From: Eledone cirrhosa
Lineage: Eukaryota
Assembly (NCBI GenBank): GCA_964016885.1
Contig: OZ024740.1
Span: forward strand, 78,244,001-78,308,000
Reading direction: 5' to 3'
DNA: 64,000 nucleotides
Shown here: one piece after another, positions 26,339 through 40,028 of the stretch
How positions within the stretch are numbered: the first letter of the stretch is position 1
How the letters are laid out: the number at the start of each line of letters is the position of its first letter
Made by a program: the position numbers and the translations under genes
The notes under the pieces: model-generated
Database searches by the model: none
What the model saw: only the letters and a program-made list of their open reading frames with translations
Told to the model about the DNA's origin: nothing

Positions 26339-26434
26339 GGGTTTGTCCACCTCATGGCCCTGGCAGACAGCATGAAGACATTGCCTCAGATGATGGCGCG
26401 GGGAAACAAGCTGGAACAGCAACTTCACCTTGCA
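26339..26434 (+). CDS. Candidate alternative (cassette) exon of the ETS gene
   Basis: ctgttcag|GGGTTT...TGCA|gtgagt, 96 nt, GC-rich within an AT-rich intron. Open in the phase-1 frame (GVCPPHGPGRQHEDIASDDGAGKQAGTATSPC). No homology support. Confidence 0.45.
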
Positions 26435-26909
26435 GTGAGTAGGGATGTGGTCTGGAGGCCAAGAGTGCCAGAACTCCCCATTGTCTGGGCATTACCCAGT
26501 TTGTGATGTCCTACCTATGGTTCTACATATTCTGTGGAGTGTGGTGGGCAAGAAATACATTTACTCAGTATTACATTTTGTGAGCTGTCAACCCTGGTTA
26601 TTGTGGAGCAAGCAATAGTACACACACGCACACCTTGAAAGGAAAACTAAGTTGAATGATGATGATGATACATACACAAATACATACATACATGCTTATA
26701 CATATATATATATATATATAGGCACACACATGCATAGTACACACATTGGCTGAGCTGGTTATAATATAATGAATATGTCCCTCTTCAGATTTGGGTGTGG
26801 AAGTGGGCAAAGCATGCTGGGTAGCAATTAAGTGAATTTTTGTTTTTGTTTTTTGTTTCCACCCCCACTATTGACTGGAATAGTGTAATTATATAGAAAG
26901 AGCCGCTAT

Positions 26910-26991
<82 letters not shown>

Positions 26992-27067
26992 TATATATAT
27001 ATATACACACACATATATATATATATACACACACACATATATATATATATACACACACATATATATA

Positions 27068-27165
<98 letters not shown>

Positions 27166-28307
27166 CACACACATATATATATATACACACACACATATAT
27201 ATATATATACACACACATATATATATGTGTGTGTATGTTTATGTGTCTGTTTTATGTAGTACCTTCAGCGAACTTTGTAGTGTGGTGGTAGTATTTTTAA
27301 TGCACAAATTTGATCTAGTTACCAATTATAGGACAGCCAGCCTTAAAACACTGCTAAATGTTGCCACCATGTTGCCATTATCTTCAGTTAGGGGAGAGGG
27401 AAGTAGGTCGGGTGGGAGGGGTTTAGAGGGGGAAGGGTAGAATAAATGCCTTGTGGAAAAAGGTGTAGGAGGGTGGTAGAAAAAGGGTGAGATAGATACC
27501 TTGTTTGTGTGGTTCTCCCTTCCTGAGGCATCATTTCAACCTTACTATATACAGTAAGCTTTCTACACCGCCACCCACGCCTTCTCTAGTCAACTTGTTG
27601 AAAGAGATTGTATAGTATTACTTTTAATAACATCTCATCCACACCGTATGTACATACTTGCATGCATGCATGCATACATACACACATACATACATACATA
27701 CATACATATGTACACATGTACATACATGTGTGTGTATATCTGTTTATGTCCCTAAACCCAGTGGTTTGAAAAAAAGATATCAATAAAATAAGTACTCAGA
27801 CTTTTAAAAAAAAAAAAGTATGCGTGGGGATGTTGAAATAATTGTCTAAGACCACCTCGAAGGCGGTGCTCCTGCATGGCCACTGTCTAATGACTGAATT
27901 CAGTAAAAGAATAAATAAGCACCCAGTCCCTCTTGTAAGTTGGTAGTGCTGGTGCCTCTATAAAACATAACCTAATACATCATAGATTGGTTGGCATTAG
28001 GATGAACATCCAACGTCATGACCAGGGCTTCCGAGAGAAATTTTGCAAGATGGTACAAGACCCCTTTGGGGCCCGAAGCAGGCAAAGATTTTTCGGAAAA
28101 TGGATGTTGCATGGTTACTGTGGGGCCCTCTTAGCCCTTGGGTCCCTGGAACAAAGTACCAGCTCCCCCCTCCCCCACATCTCATAGGCCTTGGTCATGA
28201 CCCATGTTGATTCTTTTACTTCATGGAACATAATTATTAGTAAACCCAGTGTCACTATTTCAATATTACCTCCTCTGTTTCAGTCTTTTGTCCTTGTACT
28301 CTCCTGA

Positions 28308-28482
28308 GTGCTGGATTTACCATTGTGCTTAGGTGTGCTTAAAGCACAGGGCTCTATTGCGGATGGGGAGGGGGGGGGGGGGCATTTTCCTGCCAGAAAA
28401 TTGTTTTACAATGAATATTTCAAAAGTAAGGGGCCTCATAACTTAACTAGCACAGGGCCTCATTTGTCCTAAATCCAGTACT
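28308..28482. mobile_element. hAT-like MITE (degenerate)
   Basis: AGTGCTGGATTTA ... TAAATCCAGTACT terminal inverted repeats. Confidence 0.5.
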
Positions 28483-28530
28483 AACTATCCCCTAACACTT
28501 TAGGTACTTGTGCCCATTATTACACAGTTA

Positions 28531-28703
28531 GGGGGAAAATTGGCAGTATCAGTAGAACGTCAGACACCATGCTTTGTTACATAGAGTTATGACCCTTTAC
28601 GTTCTGAGATAACTTTGCCTTTCTTCCTTACGAGGTCGATAAAATAAAGCACCAGGAATGCATTGGAGTAATTGCTGGCCTTGTGCCAAAAGTAAAAGCA
28701 ATT
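28531..28703 (+). mobile_element. SINE family B with internal deletion
   Basis: Homology to the family. TSD ATTATTACACAG. Confidence 0.75.
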
Positions 28704-29498
28704 ATTACACAGCATGTGTGGTGGATTGGCAGAATCATTAGAGCACCAGACAAAACAACATGCCTTATGGTATTTACTTAAAACGAGCCTTCATGTTCTT
28801 GCAGTGTATATATAGTTTGTTTGTATGTGTATATATTTATATATATATATATATATATGTATGTATATGATGTGTGGTAAATAAATATATGAATGATGAC
28901 ATCAGGTCTGAACTCAATGGAACCAAACTCCCACTGTCACAGCCTTATAATAGTAGGAGATAGGGAGAACCTTTATGTTCCATGGTCAAATCAGGCTACG
29001 GTCAACATTACTTTTCATCTTTACTGAGACAATGAAATTAAGTACCAGTCATATACTTGGGGAGTCAATTTAATCAAATTTTCCTTTTACCCTAAATTTC
29101 TAGCTTTGTGCTTATTTAACAAATTGATATTATTGTTATTGCTTTTGCTACTACTACTAATAATAATAATGGTTTCTGATTTCGGCACAATGACAGGAGA
29201 TTTTAGGGAAGAGCAAGGTTGATTATAGCAATTCCAGTACTTGACTGGTACTTTATTTTTATCGACCCTGCAAAGTTGATTTGAACTCAGAATGTAAAGA
29301 GCCAAAACAAATACTGCTAAGCAGTTGTCTGGCACTCTAACAACACTGCCAATTCACCATCCTTTTACAACTGCTGCTATTAATAATAGTAATAATAATA
29401 ATACTATCATCAAAATCATTATTATGATTAGGCTAAATATATTTGCTGGAAATTCCAGTATTTTTGTGAAAATATTTGCTCCCATTTTCTGTGGTCTG

Positions 29499-29530
<32 letters not shown>

Positions 29531-31094
29531 TAAATATATACATTTTTTAACCATTGTGATAACCACTCCTAATATTACCAGATCTAGCTCACTTCTGTAC
29601 TGTCTAGCTACTTTTACTGCTGCTTATTGTTACAAATTACTTGTAATAAGGATAGATGTACGACCAAGACGTAACCAATATTTACATACAACAAAGAATA
29701 TAAGTATGTATGCATTGATTTCTAAAGTAAGAAAAGAAAATTAGCTTGAGAAAAAAATTGTTAAAAACCATAATGCTGAAAAGAAGCAGGAAAAGGAAAA
29801 ATACAATTGGCAACCTTAGAATTTATAGCTGTATTGAACCTTGTTGCCATACAGACGGCATTTTTTAATACATTGACACGGAATGTGGACAGCTTCGGGA
29901 AACTTCAATGCAAAATAGAATCACTGAAGGATATTTAATTTCAAAGTTGTCTTTTTTTTTCTCATTCTCATTGGTGTAAGGCTTGTTGTTTTGAAAATTT
30001 TTATTGCACATCATCATCATCATCATCATCAGCGTTTAATGTCCATTTCCCACTCTAGCATGGGTTAGATGTTTTGTCCCATTGTGAGACAAATCAGATC
30101 AGGTGATCACGTTTTGCTCATACAGAACTGTTTCTGGTTACCTTTTTCATCATGTCACCAATACAACCACTTTAATACACACACACAGCTATATATCTAT
30201 CTATATATATATATAATTCTGTGTTGCATCATCAAATACTGACTGTTTGTGGATATCTCATTAGGACATAGTGCTGTCTCAAATTGTGTTGGTTTACAAG
30301 AGAATCTAACAACAGAGTTGAAACAATATTCGAACAACTGTAACTACGCCAGAAACCACATTTCACCCTTCACATTGGACATCCTTCACATTGGACATTC
30401 GACACATTTAGTCCATTCTATCATTAAGAGAGTGAAAGAAAAATGTGTGGAAGCTATTTTATTAATGGTTATACTACAGACTAAAGAATCACTAATTTCT
30501 CACAATTCAGTAAAATAATTCAGTATTTCTTGTGCCAATGAAGGGCACCAGTTGGTGACCAAAATATCTGAGAATCAAATCTTATTTTATTCAGGAGATA
30601 AAGTAAGGAGAAAAAGCAAATCTTAATTTGATAAAACATTTCAAACATTCTAAATTTATGAGAAATTTACTGCTGATTTTTATTCCTGGATAACAGACTA
30701 CAGGGTCTTTTAATCTTCCTGTGTGGACCCAAAACTTCTTCACTGTTGTGCATCAACAGATCTTAATTGTTCCAATTCAAAACTTTTAGGTAAAATTTCT
30801 TGTAACAGTATTTATTATTATTATTTTTTTTTTTTTTTTTTTTTTTAAATATAACTCCTGTCCAAAATCTGGAGATATGTTCGAGTTATAATTTTCGTGT
30901 TTTTTTTTTCAAGGAAAGTGATTATTATGGCTCCCTAATCTCCATTTACTTACAAGCTACTTTCTCACCTCACACTACACTACATTTGCCAGTTAACTCC
31001 CTTAATATTATCACTCTCCTACTTCTTCCTGATCTGGGTGAAAATCAGTTAGAAAGAAAGAAAGAAAAAAAAATCTGTTTTGTTCCCATTTCAG

Positions 31095-31193
31095 AAGCAA
31101 GCCAAGAAAGAGCCTTTCTCTGCAATGTGCCTCCAAACTTTAGTGAGCCTGTGTGCATGCCAGATATCAGCGACAACTATCTCCAACAGAATA
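31095..31193 (+). CDS. ets1/2: ETS1/2/pointed exon (linker/transactivation region)
   Basis: ttcag|AAGCA...AATA|gtgagt, 99 nt, phase 1/1. Encodes EASQERAFLCNVPPNFSEPVCMPDISDNYLQQN in frame with the neighbouring exons. Confidence 0.75.
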
Positions 31194-32158
31194 GTGAGTT
31201 ACTTCCCCTATCTATCCACTCTTTAGATAAGAAAACAATAAGTAGTTGTAAAGTCTTTTTTTTTTCATATAATTTTATTTATTTTCCTTAAAAATTTATT
31301 TTATTCTCATAATTTATTACTCTTAACAACATTTTAGCCTAAGTGAATAACTGATGTATGTGTGACTGCTAAACTTTCAGAAAACAACATCGTTTTAAAT
31401 AAATATAGGGCTAAATTCCAATCTCTGAAGAAACAAGTGATAATCTGTATCACCAACAATTAGTCAATAGGAGAGTTTCAAGAGCAGTTCATTCCACGAG
31501 GAGTGAAGAATTTAATATTTGAAGCTTTTGCTCTTCATTGAGGTTAAGGAAAATAGAAGTGGTGTTGTTAGTTGACTACAAGCAAGCAAGTAGCTCACAA
31601 CCACACTTTCTCTCTCTCTCTTTCTGACGAAGGACAAGGCATTCAAAACAGATGATTTACTCTTCACAACAAAATCTTCCTATTAAATAAATATAGATTA
31701 CTTCTCTGAAGCAGACAAATTTAAAGAGTCTCAAATTCACAATCCTTTGGATTTTTTAAAAAACCTTTCCTTCCATTGGTTTCCAAAATGTTTCTTTACA
31801 TTTATTTCTTGGTTTCCAATGTTGATCAGTACATTTTGACTTTTTGTTTGGTTTCTAAGCCCCCCAATCCACCCTACCTCCATTTTTGTTGCCCTCCATA
31901 CTAACAACACATTTCACAATGGAAATATTGTTGTTGTCATATTGTAGTTTTTATTTATATACTGTTATTATTGTTGTTGTTTTCCCTGCTTCCCTCGTTT
32001 GTTTCTATTTACTTTGCAGTGTTAATGCATGTTAGGTGTATCACATCGGAGCAGTCACATCTCTAGCTTACCAATTTCTTCCTTTCACACACAAACAATA
32101 CTTTCGAACACAATTCTTTATTTTCTTTTTCTTTTTTCCTTTTTTTTTTTTTTTGCAG

Positions 32159-32254
32159 ACTACCATAGTGACCTCTCCATGCCTCACCAGTTACACATGG
32201 CTAACAACAACAACAACAACAACAACAGTAATGGTCAGCCTTATATACCAGAAG
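32159..32254 (+). CDS. ets1/2: ETS1/2/pointed exon with poly-Asn tract
   Basis: Long poly-T tract then gcag|ACTAC...GAAG|gtcagt, 96 nt, phase 1/1. Encodes YHSDLSMPHQLHMA(N)8SNGQPYIPE. Confidence 0.72.
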
Positions 32255-32497
32255 GTCAGTAAATTTGTTTTATATCATTACCAACATTTTACATCTATTT
32301 TCGATGCTGGCATATGTTGGACAGGTTGTCATGGTCTGAGACTAGATGGGTTGGGGAATCAGGTCTTGCTCATATTTTCTCTTGTTGGCATAGTTTCTAA
32401 GGCTGGACACTCTTCTTATCACTAATCACTTTACAGTGTGTGTATGCATTTTATCATGGCATCTGCATTGCCACCTTACAGTGTAGATATATATATT

Positions 32498-32835
32498 GAG
32501 GCACATGGCTTAGTGTGGAAGCATTGGCCTTGCAATCGAAAGGTTGTGAGTTCAATTCTCAGACCGGGTGATGTGTTGTTTCCTTGAGCAAGACACTTTA
32601 TTTCACATTGCTCCAGTTTACTCAGCTGTAGAAATGAGATGATAGGGACGGGGTCCATATCATTCCACTGCAAAGTGGTCGTGGAGGTGCCACGGCAAAA
32701 AAGCACCCAGCACTCACTGTAAATGAGGTTGGTGTTAGGAAGGGCATCCAGCTGTAGAAATCAAGCTAAAATCAGTTCCCGTCCCACCCTTGCAAGCAGG
32801 GAAAAAGCGGACGTAAAATGAAATGATGATGATGA
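32498..32835 (+). mobile_element. SINE family A, full length
   Basis: tRNA head, CCTTGAGCAAGACACTTTA central block, GGAAGGGCATCCAGC, (GAT)n tail. Confidence 0.88.
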
Positions 32836-33694
32836 TTAATGGCTTAGTGAAAGGAAGAAAAACTGTTCCTTTGACCATTTTGGTGGTCTTTTGATGATAG
32901 TGGGAGGAAAGTAAGAAGTGACCCTTAGACTGGACAGTTGGCTCAAATGCTTGCAACTGAGTAGATTTTACTAATGTTATTCAAGAACTATTCAGTGGTT
33001 TTAATGTGGGTGACAAATAAATTTTACCCCTTAATAACAGAGATAATGCTTCTAGCAGGCTTCTACATAGGTTATGTCTACTAAATTTTACTCACAAGAT
33101 TTTGGTTAATATAATCCACATCATTGACCTTTCCATACTGACAAGAGTTGAACAACAGTGTTTTATAGCTGGATGCCCTTCCTGATAGCAACTCTTAGTT
33201 ACTATTATCACAGGCAGGAATATGGTATAGCTTTTCTAAAAGATTCAATACACACCTTGGTATTTTTGTCCTCTGTTGTGTTCCTGTATCATCATCATCA
33301 TTATTTATATCCATTTTCCACACTAGCATGGGTTAGATGAACATATTACACTGTATCAATTATATATCTATAATTGATACAGTTTAATAGAAATAATATT
33401 CAAATGAAATATATTTAGTTTCAGAAAATTAATAAATTCAGGGCTTTTCTTTGTTTGGGATCACAAAGACCTTATGAAATTTACTTTCTCAATTCACCCT
33501 GACTGTATTGTAATAGAAAACACTGCTTTTGTGAGTGTGTTTCTTTTGCTGTGTTAGTTTCTGAACAATAGCTTAACAAGAAGTTCTTACTTAAAATTAT
33601 AAAAGTACAGATATGGCTAAATGGTTAAGTAATGTATGCTTCACAACCACACGGTTTCAGTCCACTGTATTGTATGTTTGGCAGCTGTCTTCTA

Positions 33695-33696
<2 letters not shown>

Positions 33697-33733
<37 letters not shown>

Positions 33734-33900
33734 GTCTGTTTTGCACAGGTTGAACGGGTCCTTTCAGTACAATATCTCTCCACTTGCCGCATTTCTTCGT
33801 CATCGCCTCTGTGAGTCTCAGTGATTTGAGGTCAGCTCTCATCACATCTGCCCAGATCTTTCTTGGTCTATCTCTGCTGCGACTTCCATCCACTGGCATT
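33697..33900 (-). mobile_element. RTE-clade LINE 3' end with (GAT)n tail
   Basis: VDGSRSRDRPRKIWADVMRADLKSLRL..KWR, a typical RTE C-terminus, followed by a (GAT)n run. Confidence 0.7.
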
Positions 33901-34826
33901 AGCTTCAAATTGAATAATACCTTGTGAATAAATTTGTTAGACAGAAACTGTGCAGAAAACCATTGTGTTATGTATGTGTTTGAATGTCTCTGTATGCATC
34001 TTAACACTGTTTAACTTAGCTGTTTAGGTCTTGCATAAACATAGTCCCACAGCTTAGCAGTTTGATGAAGCTCAGCTGTATAACTTCCATAAATGAATAT
34101 AAAGTATGGGTTAGCATCAGGAAGGGCATCAAAGTATAGAATACTGCCTCAAAAATGTGTCCAACTCAGGTCAGCAAGAAAAAGAGATATAAAAACTGTG
34201 ATGAAAACAATATATTCTATTTTAAATATGAACACCTTAAAATTAGATACTTTCTATTGTAGAACCAAGGGTGGCCAATGAATGGATTTCCACTGTTTCT
34301 ATAGAAAGTTATTGATAGGTAACAAAATGGCAGGGTCACTAGAGTCATCATCATCATTTAACATCCATTTTCCATGCTTGCATGGGTCAGACAGGTCATA
34401 GACATCAAGAGACAAGTCTGCCCAGGATTGGCCATGCCGTACCTTGCTCTGACGGGACTGTAAATTTGGCCGGGGGTTTTAGAGCTGGATGCCCTTTCTT
34501 GCACCAACCACATTTACAGTGTCAGATTAAATACTTCAGACTTTAGGACTTTTGTGTCCTCTGAGTTCAAAACCCAAGAAGGTCAACTTTGCCTTTTACA
34601 TTCTTGGTATCAATAAATGAAGGTACCTTGTGACATTTGATCTCGCTTTGTGCATTCTGAGTTCTGCCAGGAGTTGTGACCAGCAGATAGTATCAGCAAT
34701 GGAAACAGTTTATTTGGTCCAATCTGATAATCAGCTTTTTCCCCTTTTTGGTAGAATGTTTTATTTGTGTATGTTTGTTTTATGTCAAGTATAAGATCTT
34801 AATGTGCTTACTATGTTCTTGTGTAG

Positions 34827-35039
34827 GAACTTACCAAATGTCTGACTCAATTCAGACAATGGCAGATATAAATGGTGAGACTGTGATTCCAGTGAACCAT
34901 CTGTATGAAGATAACTCTGATTATCATAACCTAGAGAATATGCAGCAGCAACATGCCAGCTTCTATGACCATCCTGAGTTCTACCCAATCCTTCAGGAAA
35001 ACAAGTACCGACCAATTCCAACGAAAAATATCTCTCGAG
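34827..35039 (+). CDS. ets1/2: ETS1/2/pointed exon
   Basis: gtgtag|GAACT...CGAG|gtaaag, 213 nt, phase 1/1. Encodes GTYQMSDSIQ...KYRPIPTKNISR. Confidence 0.8.
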
Positions 35040-35228
35040 GTAAAGCTCTATGTTGTTGTCTCTGTCTAGAAGTAGGTAGCTTTACATCAGAGGTTCTCAA
35101 ACTTGTGGGGTCACAGCCACATAACACCTTCGATGCCCCTTCCCTCCCACCCCCAACCCTATTTCTAGAGAGATCTACCAACACGCAAATTGTAAATAAT
35201 ATATAATAAATAATATAATATATACTAT

Positions 35229-35566
35229 GGAGGCACATGGCTTAGTGGTTAGAGCATTGGCTTTGCAATCGAAATGTTATGAGTTCAATTCTCAGGCCAG
35301 GTGATGTGTTGTTTCTTTGAGCAAGACACTTTATTTCGCATTGCTCCAGTTTACTCAGCTGTAGAAATGAGATGATAGGGCTGAGTCCCTATCACTCCAC
35401 TGTAAAGTGGACGTGTAGGCGCCACGGAAAAAAAGCACCCAGCGCTCACTGTAAATGAGGTTGGTGTTAGGAAGGGCATCCAGCTGTAGAAATCAAGCCA
35501 GAATCAGTTCCCATCCCACCCTTGCAAGCAGGGAAAAGCGGACGTAAAATGATGATGATGATGATG
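35229..35566 (+). mobile_element. SINE family A, full length
   Basis: Same architecture as 32498-32835. Confidence 0.88.
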
Positions 35567-36795
35567 AATAAATATTATATATTTTTTATTTTACTATATT
35601 TATGTATAATATGTATCATTTGATATTTAATATACTATTATATCATCTCTATCGCCCCCACCCTCACCATCTCCCTAGGCCCCAGCGCCCCCCTGGACCT
35701 TCTCAACGCTCCCACGGGTGGGTAGCTCCCACTTTGAGAACCTCTGCTGTATATCATCATTTTATGAACATTTTTCATGTTGGTGTCATTCTCCAAAATA
35801 AAACTGTTCAAATTCTTGATCATATGTGATATTTTGGAGTGGTTTCTAGGCTGAATGTTTTTCCTAACACCAACCACATTACGGAGCACAGTGCAGTGTG
35901 TTCAGTTTATCATAGCATTGGGGCTAGTGAGGTTGTCATATGCTCAGAAAGAAAGAGTGACGAGTCCTTTCTACCCTAAATTGACAGCCAATCACTTTGC
36001 AGCATGTGATGCATGCATTTTATCTTGGCACTAGCAACAGATGTTGTCATAGTTTGTCAAATACTTTACAGAGGTGACTGAGTACATTACATCTACAGGA
36101 TGTATAGATTATTTCAATATTCTTTGTACCTTGTTCTGATCTCAAATGTTATACAATTGTCATGGAAACAGTTTATGTATTGTGTGAGGTCATACTTCTT
36201 AAATAACTGAATATATACAATGTCCTTTCTTGAGCTGTGGCTTTCATTATTTTTCCTCAAGAATTATATATTATGTGTGTGTGTATATATAAGTATATGT
36301 GTGTGTGTGTCCCACCCTTGCAAGCAGGGAAAAGCGGACATAAAATGATGATGATGATGTGTGTGTGTATATATAACTGTCCTATATGAGCGAGACACGG
36401 TCACCCGGCCCAACTTACCTCTAAATGGGCAAACCCATTTAACCGTTGCTAGTGTGGAAAATGGATGTTAAAAGATGATGATGATCATTTCTTTATTGTT
36501 TTCTTTGTTTCTTTTGAAATGTCAAGCATTATATAGTGTGTTGTTGTTGTTTAATCCCATGTCATTTTTGATCAAGCAAACCTGTAATTAAAGAGATTTT
36601 AGTGATGACATAAGTATATCATCTTTATTCATGTGTATCTAGGACCACAATATCTAATGTGTCCTTCTCTTTTTAAGATTATCAAGTAAAATTTGAGGGA
36701 GATTTGCTTGCTATTTCTGACAAATCTAACTATTTCATGTTTCTGTATGTATGTATGTGACATTAATAATGTGCTCGTGTTGCCTTCTATTACAG

Positions 36796-37065
36796 CCCAA
36801 TATATCCATGAGGTAGCTGGTGACAACTACTACGACCACCAACCATACCAAACTGTACCAAGCATCAAGTCAGAATGTGCCTGGTCAACTCAAGAATATG
36901 GTCAGGACATTAGTGCCCAAGAAAGTTGGTCAATGAATAATGAAATGCGTACTAATTTACATTCTGCTAGTTTCCGGAGTCTACAGACATCGCCGAGTGA
37001 TAACACTAACACAGGTTCTGATGGAAAACCAGTTATCCAGGCAGCTGCCTTAGCTGGCTATTCAG
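36796..37065 (+). CDS. ets1/2: ETS1/2/pointed exon preceding the ETS domain
   Basis: tacag|CCCAA...TCAG|gtttgt, 270 nt. Ends KPVIQAAALAGYS, matching Ets1 KPVIPAAALAGYT. Confidence 0.9.
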
Positions 37066-38213
37066 GTTTGTAGTTCACTTCTTCCCTCTTTATTTTTGTA
37101 TCAAAACACCATACGTTTACATCTGCTTGCTATGCTGGTTGAATGAGTCACCATGTTGTTGTTGTTTTTATAGCTTACACCTGTGTAAGCCAACTTCCTA
37201 TGACGTTGCATATCATAGGAGGTATCAATGTGATAAGGGCCCTCAGTCATATCATGTCACTATTCTTTCTGTGTCAGGAGGTGAGATTTTGAACTCAAAA
37301 TACTTAGAGCCAATAAAGATACTGCATGACACTAACAATTCTGCTAACCTGCTGCCTTGGTTTGACATCTCATCTATCTACTCCAGGTGGATGAAGAGCA
37401 AAGTTGACCTAAACAGGATTTGAACTTATAGCATGTAGAGCTAAAACAAATATGATGAGGCATATAATTCAATGCTCTAGCCACCAGCACAAGTCATCAT
37501 GGTCCAAGCCAGTTCTTATTCACTGTTCCATTTTGGGATAGTTTGAATGTCTAGATACCCTTCATAATACCGATCAGTTTACAGAGTCTACTGGATTTGT
37601 TTTATTGTGATATCAGCACCAGCAAGATTGTCATACTCTCAATATGACTAAATTTTAAGAGAATTTCTTGTTCTTTAATACTAGGTCATTCTTTATTGGG
37701 CTAAATTATGATCAAAAGCTTTTCAGTAGTCCAGCCATGACCATATCATCTGTTTTCAGACAGTATTTCTTTGTCTAAATTAAGAAATGTGTCTTTCCTA
37801 TGTAAAATCTTAGGGTATGATTTGAGGGCCATTTGGCTGCTATTTTTAGCAGAGTGATAACCACATAGAGGCTCTTTCATTGCTTTTAAGTCCTCTTTTG
37901 CATGCTGGCTTGGGTTGGATAGAATGTTTTGAATCAATGTTTTACTGTTAGATGCCCTTCCTGGTGCCAACTGTTTTATAATACACAGTGATACAGTGTG
38001 ACTGATGTGAAAATGAATGAAGTTAGAATAAATTTAATTTTGGTGGTCCATGAAGATTTTCTCATGAATTTTGTGGACCATCTTCTGAAAAAAAGCTGTC
38101 AGTTGTTATTGTTATTTTTCTTGTTATTTGTATTGTCTAGACATTATTGCTTTTAAGAACCTTCTTCATTTTCCATCATTATTATATCTTCTATTCCAAC
38201 TTCTCTATTTCAG

Positions 38214-38557
38214 GGAGTGGTCCAATTCAACTTTGGCAATTCCTTCTTGAATTACTCACAGATAAATCTTGCCAGCACTTCATTAGTTGGACTGGCGATG
38301 GTTGGGAATTCAAATTATCTGATCCCGATGAGGTGGCACGAAGATGGGGCATACGCAAAAATAAACCCAAAATGAACTATGAAAAACTTAGCCGTGGTCT
38401 GCGGTATTACTATGATAAGAACATTATTCACAAGACTGCAGGCAAGCGCTATGTTTACCGTTTTGTCTGTGACCTTCAAGGATTACTTGGTTATTCCCCG
38501 GAAGAGCTTTTTGAAGCTTGCGATATCAAACCACAGAAGGACAAAGATGATGAGTAA
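38214..38557 (+). CDS. ets1/2: ETS1/2/pointed terminal exon: ETS DNA-binding domain and stop
   Basis: ttcag|GGAGT...TAA. Encodes [89 protein letters not shown], nearly identical to Ets1/Ets2/Pnt. Confidence 0.98.
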
Positions 38558-38890
38558 AAGGATCTATTAGGATTAAAATGTTGGGATTTTGAAGAATTTA
38601 AACAAAAAAAAATTTAATAAATACATAATAATGAAATAAAAATGAGAGAAAATGACTAAATTTTTGGAAAATTCTTTGAAAGATGAAACAAAGAAAGAAT
38701 TGTCGGAATGGAGTGATGCTCATTTTTTTTTTTATTTCATTTAAAACAAAAAAATTTCCTTTATATCTTTAAATCTTTTGAGCATATGGAACAAAGTTGG
38801 GTCTTGACCACATTTTCTAGTGGTTTATATGGCGGCTTAAAGGCTGAGCATATACAAATACATAAATGTAAAAGTAATATATTGTGTGTG

Positions 38891-38923
<33 letters not shown>

Positions 38924-39434
38924 GCTATCATGTATGTGTATGTAGGTGTACATACAACTTCCATACACATTTACTTATATATTGGCATATATGTATGTCT
39001 AAGGTTCCTGAGGCATGGCCCATCTCGTTTGCTTAATTGGCCTTATTACAACCAAGATATTCCCTTTTCCTGACTACTGCCACTCTTTGATAACAAACCT
39101 TGGTGTTTTTACTTGGACGTATCTTACCAATGCCTTTGTGCCTGATATCTTGTTGTCATGATGACAACGAGGCTGAACTAACTTAAAATTCTCCCATGTC
39201 ATTTTTTCACCGCTTCCTCAACTCTGAGTATTAGTCACAAGTGGGTGGGACTTTTACCAAAATGTGCAAAAGATTTTTTCAAAATGAATTGATGATTGGA
39301 TGGTGGCATTTTTTCTGTTGATTTGTTTTTTTTTTTAATATTTTTCTAAAATTTGTATTTTTTTTTTTGTTTACCAAAGTTAAAAATGAAATTAAAAAAA
39401 AAAAGAGAGCAATATAATAAAACTTTTGTGTGTG

Positions 39435-39476
<42 letters not shown>

Positions 39477-39740
39477 GTTTCAAGCCCTCTGTGTGCATGT
39501 ATGTGTGTGCTTGTGTGTGTATATGTATATATATATATATATATATAGTTTAATGATGATTCTATTCAGAATGGAAAGAACCAGAAATAAAGTAAGGTAC
39601 TTCATACATCAGGTAATAAGGATGTATTGAATTTTTGAAAAATGATTCTTACAGGACTAGTTCTGTTTCTTTTGTAACAAATTTATCTCAGATATCTGTT
39701 CAATATATATACATATGTATATATATATGTGTGTGTAGAA

Positions 39741-39852
39741 GGTAAACAGAAATCACAACACAATCGGTTCTATATATGGAATGAATATATTAGGTTAAAA
39801 CTTGAAATAGCAGGAAGAGGGTCTTAACGTTTCGGATGCTAGTCCTTCATCA
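39741..39852 (-). mobile_element. Second copy of the 16.9-kb hammerhead-bearing repeat
   Basis: Reverse complement TGATGAAGGACTAGCATCCGAAACGTTAAGACCCTCTTCCTGCTAT aligns with 16934 onward. Confidence 0.6.
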
Positions 39853-39982
39853 ATATATATATGTTATGGAAGATACAGTCAATGTAATTTACATAATATA
39901 ATGAATAGCTTACACTACTCTACTCCTTCATGTTGAGTACTCGTTCTTTCATTCATCATCACTAATGTATATATTCATACAC

Positions 39983-40024
<42 letters not shown>

Positions 40025-40028
<4 letters not shown>

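Noticed and set aside
32498-32570. tRNA genes at SINE heads
   Set aside because: A/B boxes are present, but they run directly into SINE bodies and no complete cloverleaf is evident.
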